Source: Candidatus Velthaea sp. (GTDB taxonomy: Bacteria > Vulcanimicrobiota > Vulcanimicrobiia > Vulcanimicrobiales > Vulcanimicrobiaceae). From it: a DNA stretch of 64,000 bases. Both the position numbers and the translations under genes were made by a program. Position 1 is the stretch's first letter. Every line of letters starts with the position of its first letter. Positions 43,028-52,829 of this stretch are shown here, piece after piece. The stretch covers positions 41,454 to 105,453 of the forward strand of contig JBEKHC010000003.1 of assembly GCA_050012475.1 (NCBI GenBank). The letters are read 5' to 3'. The notes under the pieces are model-generated. The model saw only the letters and a list, made by a program, of their open reading frames with translations, was not told the origin of the DNA and ran no database searches.

Positions 43028-44560
43028 CTACGCGGCAGCGGCCTCCACGAGTTCGTTGAGTTCGCCGATGTCGAGCATCTGATCGACTTCGAGCATCAAG
43101 ATCATGCGCTTTTGCTCCGCCAGGTTGACGACGCGCCGGATCAGGCGGCGTTGTTCCTCGGAGAGTTCGGGCGCGCGTCCGATGAGATTCGCCGGCACCC
43201 GCATCACTTGCGAGACGCTGTCGACGATAAATCCGGTACGCAACCCCTTGACGGCGAACACCACGATGCGCTGGCGATCGTTGCGCTCGACGGACGGCAG
43301 CCCAAAGCGACGCCGCTGGTCGAGGACGGGCAGCACCGCGCCGCGCAGGTTGACGACGCCCTCGATGAAGTCCGGCGTCTTGGGAACGCGGATCAGCTCA
43401 TCGGGAACGCGCACGATCTCTTGCACGGACTCGATCGGGACCGCGTATTCTTCTTCCATCACCCGGAAGACCACGAGCTGTTCTTCGTCGTCCGTTGCCG
43501 CACTCGCGTGTTCGGACGCCTCCGCCCTCAGCTGCTCGGTTTCATCCTCGGCGCCGGCGACGATTTGGCGGAACTCGTCGACGTCGAAGAGCCGCTGGGC
43601 CGAAAGCACCGACACCAGGCGGCTGCCGCCGGCTAACCGGCAGATCGACGTGATGTCGCTCGCGTCGCCCGACCGCGTGAGCATTTCGGGCATCGCGTCG
43701 ATGACCGAACGGCTGACGCGCAAGACTTCGCGCACGCTGTCCATGACGATCCCGACCGAAACACCGTGGCCCAGCGTCACGACGACGATCTTGTTCGATT
43801 CGTTGAGCTCGACGTCGGGCAGATTGAACATCCGGCGCAGGCTCACCAGCGGCAGCAGCCGGTTGCGCAGGGTCATCACGCCCAAAACGTGCGCGCCGCA
43901 ATTGGGGACGGTCGTCACGCTGGGCGGGATCTGCACGATTTCCGCAACCGATTCGATCGGCAGCGCGTATTCCTGGCCGGCGACGGCGAAGCTTACCAGT
44001 TGGATTTCGGCGGCGGCTTCAGCGCCCTCGCGTTCGCCGCCCGCCGCTGCCGGTGCTGCGGCCGTGGTGTCGCTCGATTTGGCGACTTCCGTGACCGCCG
44101 CGAACTCGCGCCGGATCAGCATCCCGGCATCGAGAATCATCACCATCGACTCACCGTCGCGGTTCTTGATCACGCCGGTCAGCAAGTCGGTGGCAATGGT
44201 CGAGCGGATCGAATCGGCGGATTCGATGCGGTCGGGCTCCGCGGTGACGACGTTCGCCATCCGGTCGACGACGACGCCGACCGGGCGTCCATCGGCATTG
44301 AGGACGACGACCCGCGTGGCATCGTCGTGCTCGACATCCGCCGCGCCCAGCATGCGGCGCAGACTCAGGATCGGCAGCACCGTTCCGCGCAGATTCCCCA
44401 GCCCCTCGAGCGACGCCGCACCGAGCGGCACGCGCACGATATCGGGGTAGCGGATGATTTCGTGGACCAGGGTGAGCGGCACGGCGAACATCTCGCCGGC
44501 GACGCCGAAACTCACGAATTGGCGAGCGGTCGACTCGAGCGACAGATCTTGATCGGTCAT
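43028..44560 (-). CDS. cheW: Triple-domain CheW
   Basis: Three CheW repeats (GLGNLRGTVLPI; GVMTLRNRLLPL; GVVNLRGAVLPV). Confidence 0.92.
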   Translation of the reverse strand: MTDQDLSLESTARQFVSFGVAGEMFAVPLTLVHEIIRYPDIVRVPLGAASLEGLGNLRGTVLPILSLRRMLGAADVEHDDATRVVVLNADGRPVGVVVDRMANVVTAEPDRIESADSIRSTIATDLLTGVIKNRDGESMVMILDAGMLIRREFAAVTEVAKSSDTTAAAPAAAGGEREGAEAAAEIQLVSFAVAGQEYALPIESVAEIVQIPPSVTTVPNCGAHVLGVMTLRNRLLPLVSLRRMFNLPDVELNESNKIVVVTLGHGVSVGIVMDSVREVLRVSRSVIDAMPEMLTRSGDASDITSICRLAGGSRLVSVLSAQRLFDVDEFRQIVAGAEDETEQLRAEASEHASAATDDEEQLVVFRVMEEEYAVPIESVQEIVRVPDELIRVPKTPDFIEGVVNLRGAVLPVLDQRRRFGLPSVERNDRQRIVVFAVKGLRTGFIVDSVSQVMRVPANLIGRAPELSEEQRRLIRRVVNLAEQKRMILMLEVDQMLDIGELNELVEAAAA

Positions 44561-44561
44561 C

Positions 44562-46484
44562 TTAGGCCGCGCCTTGCAGCTCTTCGGCCAGCGAAGCGAT
44601 CTCCTCGATCGCGGAAGCGAGGTCTTCGGCGCTCTTGGACTGCTGCGTGGCGGCCGTCGCGGCTTCACCCGACGCGCGCGCGGCTTGCGTCGTCGCGGCC
44701 GCGATCTGTTCGACTGCCGCCTGCGCTTGTTTGATCGCGTCTTGAATGATCTGCATCCCGGCGACCGTATCTTTGTTGTTCTGGAGCACGATCGCCATGT
44801 CGGAAACCGTGGTCCCCAGTTTGACCGTGATGAGCTTATTTTGTTCGGCTTGCTGCAAACCGGATTCGCCGATTTCGCGCAGGTCGAGCCGCACGATGCC
44901 GATCTGATCTTGGATCGCCTTTACGGTGTCTTTGATCCGCTCGGCGTTTTCGGCGCTGTCGCGCGCGAGGTTGCGGATGTCGGTGGAGACCACCGCGAAC
45001 CCTTTGCCGAATTCTCCGGCTCGTGCCGCTTCGACCGAACCGTTCACTGCGAGCATGTTCGTTTGGATCGACACGGTCGTAATCGAGTCGACGATCTTGT
45101 CGATGCGCCGGCTGATCTGGTCGAGCGCGACGATCTGCTCGCCCGACTGTTTGCTCGACTCGACCGAGGCCAGCACACCGTCGACCAACGACTGAACGCC
45201 GGTTTGCGCCTCGTTGAGCAGGCTGCTCAACTCGGTGACCTTCTCCATCGTCGCGCCGGCCCGCTCGAGATTGAACTGCGTGTTCTTCTCGATCTGGCCG
45301 ATCGCCGCGGCGGACTGCTGCGCCGCAGCGCCCTGCGTTTGGGCGCCTTTGGAAATCTGTTCGATGGCCGTCATGATCTCGGCGGCAGCACGGTTGATTT
45401 CTTCGACGGCGGATGAAAGCTCTTCGGCCGCCGACGAGACATCTTCCATGCTCTTGGAGATGTTGCTGCTGTTCTTGAGTTCGTCGGCTAACGTCGAGAG
45501 CTCTTCGGCCGCGGTTTCGCTCTGGGAAAGCGCCGTCATCTGCTGCTGAACGGTCCGCACGGCCTCTTCGCAAGCGCCGCTCTGTTCCTCAGCGGCCGCG
45601 GCGATGGCCTCGGAGCCCTTCTGCGCTTCGCGCGAAGCTAGGTCCGCTTCGCCGCACGATTTCGCGATCTCGCGGCCGCCATCCGTGACGAGCTTCATGT
45701 CGGCGACAACGCTGTCGCACTGCGCGCTGACGGTCTTGGCCCGTTCGACTTCCGCAGCCGAACTCGCCGCTGACTTCGCGATGCCCTCGGCGATGAGCTT
45801 GACCTCGCTTTGGATCTGACCGATCATCTCTTGGATATCGCGCGCGCTTTTTTCGGAGGTTTCGGCAAGCGTGCGCACCTCGTCGGCAACGACGGCAAAG
45901 CCTTTGCCGTGCTGGCCCGCGCGCGCGGCTTCGATCGCCGCGTTGAGCGCCAGCAAGTTTGTCTGGTCCGCGATGCGAGCGACGGCCTTGACGACTTCGC
46001 TGATCGCTGCGGCTTGCTTCTCCAGCTCCTCGACCTGCAGCCCCGACGCTTTTTGCCGCACGGCGGATTGGCCGATCTTTCCGATCGATTCCGCGATTTG
46101 GGCCCGCACGCTTACGATGAGTTCTTGCAGCACGTCGGTCTTCTGGACCGATGCCTCAGCGGCGTCCTTGGCGCGCGAGATTTGCCCACCGATCGCAACG
46201 ACCGCTTGCATCGACTCGTGCGACGCCGTCGCGGATTCCTGTGCGCCGGCCGCAATCTGATCCATCGAGCGCCGGAGTTCTTCGGAAGCAGCGCTGCCCT
46301 CGGCGATCCCGCTCGCGAGCTGCGATGTCGCGGCGGCAATACGTTCCGCCGCCTTTTGTTGCCGGGCGACGTTGCGCGCCCGCCGCTTTTCGATCTCCGC
46401 CGAGGCGTTGCGGGAATTTTGCGGTTCGGGCTGCGTCGGTTTGCTGACCGAATTTCCGATGCGAGAGCTTTTCACCAGCGCCAT
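44562..46484 (-). CDS. Cytoplasmic chemoreceptor with two signalling domains (DosM-like)
   Basis: No TM helices; two hairpin tips, [31 protein letters not shown] and [31 protein letters not shown]. Confidence 0.92.
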   Translation of the reverse strand: MALVKSSRIGNSVSKPTQPEPQNSRNASAEIEKRRARNVARQQKAAERIAAATSQLASGIAEGSAASEELRRSMDQIAAGAQESATASHESMQAVVAIGGQISRAKDAAEASVQKTDVLQELIVSVRAQIAESIGKIGQSAVRQKASGLQVEELEKQAAAISEVVKAVARIADQTNLLALNAAIEAARAGQHGKGFAVVADEVRTLAETSEKSARDIQEMIGQIQSEVKLIAEGIAKSAASSAAEVERAKTVSAQCDSVVADMKLVTDGGREIAKSCGEADLASREAQKGSEAIAAAAEEQSGACEEAVRTVQQQMTALSQSETAAEELSTLADELKNSSNISKSMEDVSSAAEELSSAVEEINRAAAEIMTAIEQISKGAQTQGAAAQQSAAAIGQIEKNTQFNLERAGATMEKVTELSSLLNEAQTGVQSLVDGVLASVESSKQSGEQIVALDQISRRIDKIVDSITTVSIQTNMLAVNGSVEAARAGEFGKGFAVVSTDIRNLARDSAENAERIKDTVKAIQDQIGIVRLDLREIGESGLQQAEQNKLITVKLGTTVSDMAIVLQNNKDTVAGMQIIQDAIKQAQAAVEQIAAATTQAARASGEAATAATQQSKSAEDLASAIEEIASLAEELQGAA

Positions 46485-46634
46485 AGTCGTTGAACCCTTC
46501 CAATGTTCGCGCGCCGGCGCGACTGTAAATCGGCTCACAGCCCAAGACGTCGGCGAGTACGATGAGTAAAAGTTAAAAAATAAGGTCGCTGTGCGGCTTA
46601 GGCATGCGTTCGCACAGCGGAGCTAATGCCGTAT

Positions 46635-46662
46635 CTATCGGCACCCGGAACAGCAATTTCTC
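46635..46662 (-). promoter_or_regulatory. Possible sigma28 (FliA/SigD) promoter of the che operon
   Basis: Minus strand GCCGATAG about 150 bp upstream of the MCP start; -35 element is weak. Confidence 0.35.
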
Positions 46663-47210
46663 CAACTCCGCGTGTGGTGAGCGAAGGCTTAATACAGATC
46701 AGCGTCCTCTCCGAGCGACCCTGCCGACGCCTCGTCCTTGTGCTCGAAAGCACCGGTCCCGTGCAGCACTAGCGCGGTTGCGATTTCGATTGGCCGGCGA
46801 CACAAGATGCACGCTTGGTGCTCGGCACGTGAAGCGGTGCGAGCGACGCGCCGGGACATCGGCGCCGCGATGACCGGCCGCCCGATGATCAGCTTTGCGG
46901 TCCGCGCGCCCTTGCCGGTGACCATGCTGCTCAATGCGCGATAGCGCTATCTCCTACGAGCTATCTTTTTTAACAGCGTCATTCGATGCCGGCGGCGCCA
47001 TTCAAATTTCAACGATCGTCGTCAATACGTCCGAATAATCTATCACTTAAGGGAGTTACTTCGCGCCTTAAGCAAGGCGGCGCAAAAGTAGCTCGTGACC
47101 CTTGGCGGCCGGCGGCATCGGTGTTCGATGGATGTTTGCTGATTGAAGGCGTTCATGTAAAGTTTTCGTCGCTGCACTCAAGTTTGCGCAGCCCGGCCGA
47201 CGGGAGCAGA

Positions 47211-47239
47211 TTGACTTGCGGCGCCGCGGCCTTTACGAT
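47211..47239 (+). promoter_or_regulatory. Sigma70-type promoter
   Basis: TTGACT-17 nt-TACGAT. Confidence 0.65.
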
Positions 47240-47406
47240 CACACTCTCCTCAAGCCTTTACGGAGTTGGACACGACGTGATCGACCTTCCAACACGAAGC
47301 GCTGCGTACCGATTCTTGTTCACTACCGCCGGCGGAGAAATTCGCGCAGTTTGCCGTTACGGCGAGGCTCGCCGAGAATAAGTCCCGACCCGACCGAGTT
47401 CGTTCG

Positions 47407-47441
47407 AGAGCGTCACCTTGTTCGTGACGCTCTTTTTCTTT
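47407..47441 (+). terminator. Rho-independent terminator
   Basis: AGAGCGTCAC-CTTGTTC-GTGACGCTCT followed by TTTTCTTT. Confidence 0.8.
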
Positions 47442-47527
47442 GGCGATCGAGGAAGCGGACGCCCCAGCCGGCGCCGGCGAAGAAGCGAATGGCGCCGGCT
47501 TCGGCGAAAACCCGCGGAGCAAGGTCG

Positions 47528-47600
47528 GCCGGCATAGCTCAGTCGGTAGAGCAACGGTTTTGTAAACCGTAGGTCCTCGGTTCGAGTCCGAGTGCCGGCT
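47528..47600 (+). tRNA. tRNA-Thr (anticodon TGT), CCA not encoded
   Basis: GCCGGCATAGCTCAGTCGGTAGAGCAACGGTTTTGTAAACCGTAGGTCCTCGGTTCGAGTCCGAGTGCCGGCT. Confidence 0.95.
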
Positions 47601-47645
47601 TGCGCGTCCGAGTGCCGGCTTGCGCGCCCGAGTGCCGGCTTGTGC
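47586..47645 (+). repeat. Three tandem 20-bp copies of the tRNA-Thr 3' end
   Basis: GTCCGAGTGCCGGCTTGCGC / GTCCGAGTGCCGGCTTGCGC / GCCCGAGTGCCGGCTTGTGC. Confidence 0.95.
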
Positions 47646-47892
47646 GCTGCAACGGGGCAAGCCTCAAAGCTATGACCGCTGCGGGGTCCGTCCGAGTCGT
47701 CACGTCGAGTTGGCTGGACGCCTGCATTCGCGGCGGTGTGGCGGTCGTGGGCTGGCCGGCCTGCACCAGGCATCGGCAGAGCCGTGCCGCATCGTCATAG
47801 GTCTGCTGAAGGCCGCGAGGACCTCCACGACAGGATCGTCGCGCAGCTCACTCCGCGTGACGCCTGCACCGGACGCGGCGAACCAACGACAA

Positions 47893-47927
47893 ACCGAAGG
47901 CCCGCGAATCCGCCGCGGGCCTTCGGT
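47893..47927 (-). terminator. Terminator hairpin after sigH
   Basis: 14-bp perfect stem ACCGAAGGCCCGCG/CGCGGGCCTTCGGT. Confidence 0.7.
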
Positions 47928-47947
47928 AATCATCGCGCGGCCGAAGC

Positions 47948-48595
47948 CTACGGGAGTTCGATCTCCGAGAGATTCTTCTCGATCTTCCGCTTGACGCGCT
48001 GCAATGCGTTATCGATGGATTTCACGTGACGGTTGAGGTCGCGCGCCATCTCTTGATAGCTCTTGCCTTCGAGATATGAAAGGAGCACTTGCGATTCGAG
48101 ATCCGACAGATTCTCTTGGATGCGCTCCTTGATGTCTTCGGATACCTCTTGGTTGATCACCAACTCTTCGGGATCCGACGTCTTCTGCGACGGCATCACG
48201 TCGAGGAGCGTTCGTTCGCTGTCCTCATCGTAGATCGGCTTGTTGAGCGAGATGTACTGATTGAGCGGAATGTGCTTTTGGCGCGTCGCCGTCTTGATCG
48301 CGGTGATGATTTGCCGCGTGATGCACAGCTCGGCGAAGGCGCGAAAACTCGACAGTTTATCCGCCTTGAAGTCACGAACGGCCTTGTACAGCCCGATCAT
48401 CCCTTCTTGGATGATGTCCTCGCGGTCCGCACCGATAAGAAAATAGCTCTTGGCTTTGATGCGCACAAAATTCTTGTACTTGTTAAGCAAGAACTCCATC
48501 GCAAGATTGTCGCCGGATTTCGCTGCGGAAACGAGATCCTCGTCCGGGCGCTCGTGGTAGTCGAGCACATCGGCGGAGGGTTGGGAAAGCCCCAT
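47948..48595 (-). CDS. sigH: RNA polymerase sigma factor SigH (Firmicute-type)
   Basis: YFLIGADREDIIQEGMIGLYKA, SFRAFAELCITRQIITAIKTATRQKHIPLN, KSIDNALQRVKRK. Confidence 0.95.
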   Translation of the reverse strand: MGLSQPSADVLDYHERPDEDLVSAAKSGDNLAMEFLLNKYKNFVRIKAKSYFLIGADREDIIQEGMIGLYKAVRDFKADKLSSFRAFAELCITRQIITAIKTATRQKHIPLNQYISLNKPIYDEDSERTLLDVMPSQKTSDPEELVINQEVSEDIKERIQENLSDLESQVLLSYLEGKSYQEMARDLNRHVKSIDNALQRVKRKIEKNLSEIELP

Positions 48596-48903
48596 GCAGT
48601 TCTGCCTCATTTTTCGGGATCCGATGTGCGCGAAGACGCGGGCCGGAGCCCGTCGGGCCGCGCACATCCGAATAAGTATAGGAGACTCCTGCAAGACCGT
48701 CAAGGACAGCAAGGGAACATCTGGGCCAAACGTCCATTCCGTTGCGCTCAGGCGGCCGGTCGACTGGTTCCGCGACCGGACGCCAAGCGGCCAAGTGTGA
48801 CCCGAATCGCGCTTCTCGGACCCGGCTACCGCTCGTCCGCCAAGCGGCGGCGAGGGTGCCGGATGTCACCCAAGCACGAAAAAGCACCCGTGCGGCCAGG
48901 TGC

Positions 48904-49095
48904 TTACATCTTTTTCATCGACGAGCACTTCACGAATTTGCCCTTGGCATCCCGACAGTGCTTGGCCGAGGACTTCATCGGCGGACATTTCGTGAACTTG
49001 CCGCTGGCGTCGCGACACTGCTTGGCGGAGGCGATCCCGCCACTGAAGCCGCTGATGAAGACGCAGGCGATCGCGGCGGCGATAAGACGCATCAT
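48904..49095 (-). CDS. Small secreted basic peptide with two CRDAxGKFxKC repeats
   Basis: AGGAG RBS, signal peptide, KQCRDASGKFTKC and KHCRDAKGKFVKC. Confidence 0.8.
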   Translation of the reverse strand: MMRLIAAAIACVFISGFSGGIASAKQCRDASGKFTKCPPMKSSAKHCRDAKGKFVKCSSMKKM

Positions 49096-49174
49096 GAATA
49101 GCTCCTATTTCAGAAGAACGAGTTTGGTTGCGCCCGCTTTTTTGAGCAAGGGCGGTCAGACCTGCGAGCCGAGA

Positions 49175-49711
49175 TCAAGCGCGCAGCACCGAACGCTCGC
49201 TTCCTTTTTCGTTCCCTTTCACCACCGGCAACCGTTTTATGAGCTTCAGCCGCGTGCCGAGCTCGCTGTACTTCACGTCGTCCATGACTTCGCGCATGAT
49301 GAACGTGCCAAAGCCGCGCAGCGCTTCGGTGGGCGGCCCGGCATGGGCGCAGACCGTTCCATGATCGAAGCCGCCGCCGTTGTCTTTGATCTCGACGGTC
49401 AGTGCCTCGGTATTGCGGGAAACCGTCACCTCGAAGACGCCTTCCTCGCGATGTCCGTGCTCGACCGCATTGGCCAACCCCTCACCAACGGCAACCTCGA
49501 TATCGTCGAGGGACTGACCGCGAAATCCGCACGCCCGCGCGAAGGCCACGACATCGCGCCGTGCCCTCCCCACCGCTTTACTCGACTGCGGGTACGACTT
49601 GCGATACGACCGATTCAGGCGTCCTGACGTCGTCAACGCTGCTTCCTCGCTTTCGTCAAACCGGCGGAGCCGTGCGTTGAGCAAGCCGGACCGTACTGTT
49701 AAGCTATCCAA
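49175..49711 (-). CDS. RsbW/SpoIIAB-like anti-sigma kinase (HATPase_c); start uncertain
   Basis: DIEVAVGEGLANAVEHG, EIKDNGGGF, RGFGTFIMREVMDDV. Confidence 0.85.
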   Translation of the reverse strand: MDSLTVRSGLLNARLRRFDESEEAALTTSGRLNRSYRKSYPQSSKAVGRARRDVVAFARACGFRGQSLDDIEVAVGEGLANAVEHGHREEGVFEVTVSRNTEALTVEIKDNGGGFDHGTVCAHAGPPTEALRGFGTFIMREVMDDVKYSELGTRLKLIKRLPVVKGNEKGSERSVLRA

Positions 49712-49815
49712 ATTCGCAGGAGCTAATCACCGACGACGCGTTCGTGCCCATAAGTTAGCACGACACCTGCGTTTCTCTCTCCGCTCGAGGTCGCAGCGAT
49801 CCCCTGCCGTTGCGC

Positions 49816-50631
49816 TTACGGGGTGCCGCTCTGCCCCGGTACACCATCCGGACACCGTTGACGCAGTGCCTCGTACAGCAAGACGCCGGCGGCAACCGAC
49901 GCGTTGAGCGAAGCAATCCTGCCCGCCATGGGAATCGACACGAGATAATCGCATTCGCGCTGCACCAGCGCGGAGAGACCTGCTCCCTCGGAACCGATGA
50001 CGAGCGCCAGATCGCGCGCGAAATCCGCCTGCGTATACGGCACGGCTGCGGGGACGAGCGCCGCGCCGGCGATCCACACCCCGGCCTTCTTCATCACCCG
50101 GATCGACTGGGCGACGTTGGCGACGCGCGCGATTGGAAGGTACGCCGTCGCGCCGGCCGCCGCTTTGCGAACCGTGGCGTTCACGCCGGCCGCGCGCCGT
50201 TCGGGCAAGATCAGCGCGGTCGCACCCGCGCTTTCGGCGCTGCGGATGATCGCCCCGACATTGTACGGATCGGTGACGTGATCGAGGATGACCCACAAAC
50301 CGGGTTTGCCCTGCGGACGCAGCGCGAGCGCTTCATCGAGCGTAACGTAGTCGAACGGGGGACCGAAGGCCACCACGCTCTGATGCGCTTTGTAAGGAAA
50401 GGCCGCAAAGAAGCTGCGATGCTCGAACCGCACGGCGACGCCCAGTTCGCGCGCGCGTTCGAGCAGGCCGCGTAACGCCGGATCGCGTTTGCGGTCGTCG
50501 CCGATATGAATCCGCCGCAGCTGCTCGCCCGCCGTCAATGCTTCGTTAACCGCGTGGACGCCGTAGACCACGTCGTCGAGGTCCAACCGCGGACCGCGAC
50601 GTTCGGGGCGCGGCGTTACTCGACCGACCAC
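49816..50631 (-). CDS. rlmB: 23S rRNA (G2251-2'-O)-methyltransferase
   Basis: YGVHAV.EAL, DHVTDPYNVGAIIRSA, IGSEGAG, IPMAGRIASLNASVA. Confidence 0.92.
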   Translation of the reverse strand: MVGRVTPRPERRGPRLDLDDVVYGVHAVNEALTAGEQLRRIHIGDDRKRDPALRGLLERARELGVAVRFEHRSFFAAFPYKAHQSVVAFGPPFDYVTLDEALALRPQGKPGLWVILDHVTDPYNVGAIIRSAESAGATALILPERRAAGVNATVRKAAAGATAYLPIARVANVAQSIRVMKKAGVWIAGAALVPAAVPYTQADFARDLALVIGSEGAGLSALVQRECDYLVSIPMAGRIASLNASVAAGVLLYEALRQRCPDGVPGQSGTP

Positions 50632-52046
50632 GTCGTCGTGCCGTCGCCCTTGTCGGTCAGCACGATGCGCTGCGCGGCGAGCGCCTTGCGCAGCCGGTCG
50701 GCGAGCGCGAAGTCGCGGCTTTTGCGCGCGGCATGACGCGCTTCGATCACGGTATGGATCGCGGCTTCCGGCGAGTGTCCGTTGAGATGCATCGCGTCGC
50801 CCAGCGCCGCCGCGAGACGCGCGACGAACCCTTCATCGAAAATGTCGAACTGCGCTTGCGGCCGGGCCGTGAATGCGCCCGCGATCCCGAACAGCTCTTG
50901 AGCGGTGTCGAAGAAGGCGATCGCTTCGGGGCCGCGCACTCGCGGGTCCCGGGCGGCATCGAACAGCACGCCCAACGCGCCTGCGGTATTCACGTCATCG
51001 TCGAGCGCAGCGAAGAAACGCCGCTCGAATTCCGCCAACACGCCGGGGTCGCCGATGCCCTCGCCGAGTTTCCCGTACGCTTTGCGCAGGCTGTCGAGCG
51101 CTGCGGTCGCGCCGGTGATCGCGTCTTCGGTGAAATTCATCGGCTTGCGATAACCGGTCTGCAAAAACAACAGCCGAATCGCCTGCGGGTCGTGCCGTTC
51201 GAGCAACGCCGAAAGCGGCTCGAAATTGCCCAGCGACTTCGACATCTTCTTGCCGTCGAACATCAGCAGGCCGCCGTGCATCCACACGTTCGCCATCGGC
51301 GGCGCCGGCATCAGCGATTCGCTCTGGGCAATCTCGTTTTCGTGGTGCGGAAACACTAGATCGAATCCGCCGCCGTGAATATCGAACGGCTCGCCCAAGA
51401 GCGCGCGCGACATCGCGCTGCACTCGATGTGCCAGCCCGGCCGGCCGGCGCCCCACGGAGATTCCCACGACGGTTCACCCGGTTTGGCGAATTTCCAGAG
51501 CGCGAAATCGAGCGCATCGTGTTTTTGTTCGTCGACCGCGATCCGCGCGCCGGCCAAGAGTTCATCGATATTGTGATGCGAGAGCGCACCGTAGCGCGGA
51601 AACTTCTTGACCGCAAAATAGACGCCGTCACCGGTGACGTAGGCGAAGCCGCCGGCGACGAGTTCGCCGATCATGCTCACGATCGGTTCGATGTACCCGG
51701 TTGCGCGCGGCTCGACATCGGGCTCGCGCACGTTCAAGCGCCGCATCGAGGCGGTGAACGAATCGAAGTGGCGGCCGATGATCGCCGACCACGACTCGCC
51801 GGTTTCGCGCGCCCGGGCGATGCTGCGGTCGTCGATATCGGTCACGTTGCGCACGAAGGTCACGCGGTAGCCGCGGAACTCCAGATACCGCCGCAACACG
51901 TCGAAGAACAGAAACGACCGCGCGTGGCCCAGATGCGCTTCCGCGGACGGCGTCAGGCCGCACACGTACATCCGGACGTGATCGTCGCGCAGCGGCGCGA
52001 ACGGTTCGACCGTCCGCGTTCGGGTGTTATAGAGCCTGAGAGACAT
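50616..52046 (-). CDS. cysS: Cysteine--tRNA ligase
   Basis: MYVCGLT..HLGH, DFALWK, GRPGWHIECSAM, FPHHENE, KMSKS. Confidence 0.96.
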   Translation of the reverse strand: MSLRLYNTRTRTVEPFAPLRDDHVRMYVCGLTPSAEAHLGHARSFLFFDVLRRYLEFRGYRVTFVRNVTDIDDRSIARARETGESWSAIIGRHFDSFTASMRRLNVREPDVEPRATGYIEPIVSMIGELVAGGFAYVTGDGVYFAVKKFPRYGALSHHNIDELLAGARIAVDEQKHDALDFALWKFAKPGEPSWESPWGAGRPGWHIECSAMSRALLGEPFDIHGGGFDLVFPHHENEIAQSESLMPAPPMANVWMHGGLLMFDGKKMSKSLGNFEPLSALLERHDPQAIRLLFLQTGYRKPMNFTEDAITGATAALDSLRKAYGKLGEGIGDPGVLAEFERRFFAALDDDVNTAGALGVLFDAARDPRVRGPEAIAFFDTAQELFGIAGAFTARPQAQFDIFDEGFVARLAAALGDAMHLNGHSPEAAIHTVIEARHAARKSRDFALADRLRKALAAQRIVLTDKGDGTTTWSVE

Positions 52047-52704
52047 CGGCGGCTTTCTCGCGTTGGGCAAGGCGCTCTTCGAGCGCTTCGATCCGGTCGG
52101 CCAACGCCGCCAGCAGCGGTGCGTTGGGATCGGGCAAATCGACGTGCGGGCGCGGATTCGGTGGCGCCAGCGGCTTTCCGTCCTGCAGAACCACCCGGCC
52201 GGGGATGCCGACAACGGTCGAATTTGGCGGCACGTCCTTGACGACGACGGAGTTGGCCCCGATCTTGGTATTGTCGCCGATCGTGATATCGCCCAAGATG
52301 GCGGCACCCGAGCCCACCGTCACGTTATTGCCCAGCGTCGGATGTCGCTTGGTGTGCTGGAGCGAGGTTCCGCCTAGCGTGACACCTTGATAAAGCGTGA
52401 CGTTATCGCCGATGACCGCCGTGCCGCCGATGACGACGCCCGTACCGTGGTCGATGAAAAAGCTGCGGCCGATCGTGGCCCCCGGATGGATGTCGATCCC
52501 AGTGACGCGATGCACGACCTCGGCGAGCAGCCGCGGGAGGAGCGGGACTTTGGCCTGCCACAGCGCGTGGATGAACCGATGGACCGTGATCGCGTGAAAA
52601 CCCGGATACGACAGCAGCACGTCCAGCCAGCCGTCGGCCGCGGGGTCGCGTTCGACGGGGGCGCGCAGATCGGCGAGAAACGTCTCTAAACCTGAATTCG
52701 GCAC
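52027..52704 (-). CDS. cysE: Serine O-acetyltransferase
   Basis: RDPAA, YPGFHA, TGIDIHPGATIG..FFIDHGTGVVIG, GVTLGGT..KRHPT. Confidence 0.95.
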   Translation of the reverse strand: MPNSGLETFLADLRAPVERDPAADGWLDVLLSYPGFHAITVHRFIHALWQAKVPLLPRLLAEVVHRVTGIDIHPGATIGRSFFIDHGTGVVIGGTAVIGDNVTLYQGVTLGGTSLQHTKRHPTLGNNVTVGSGAAILGDITIGDNTKIGANSVVVKDVPPNSTVVGIPGRVVLQDGKPLAPPNPRPHVDLPDPNAPLLAALADRIEALEERLAQREKAADVSQAL

Positions 52705-52829
52705 GGTCGGTCCGTAGGAACGCCCGGAACGCGGGCACGGTTGCGGGGGCGCTCGATCACGATAGACAAGACGCCCGTACGTTCGACCGCTGTGCGAGCC
52801 CACCCCGCGAGCCCCGGCAGGAAAAGACG

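Noticed and set aside
47049..47104. Hairpin GAGTTACTT...AAGTAGCTC as a riboswitch upstream of the che operon
   Set aside because: No match to any riboswitch consensus I can recognise; about 560 bp from the start codon.
47586..47645. Tandem repeat as a CRISPR array
   Set aside because: No spacers, the unit derives from the tRNA 3' end, and there are no cas genes.
52705..52829. T-box leader for cysE-cysS
   Set aside because: No AAGGTGGNACC T-box motif or terminator, and the region is too short.
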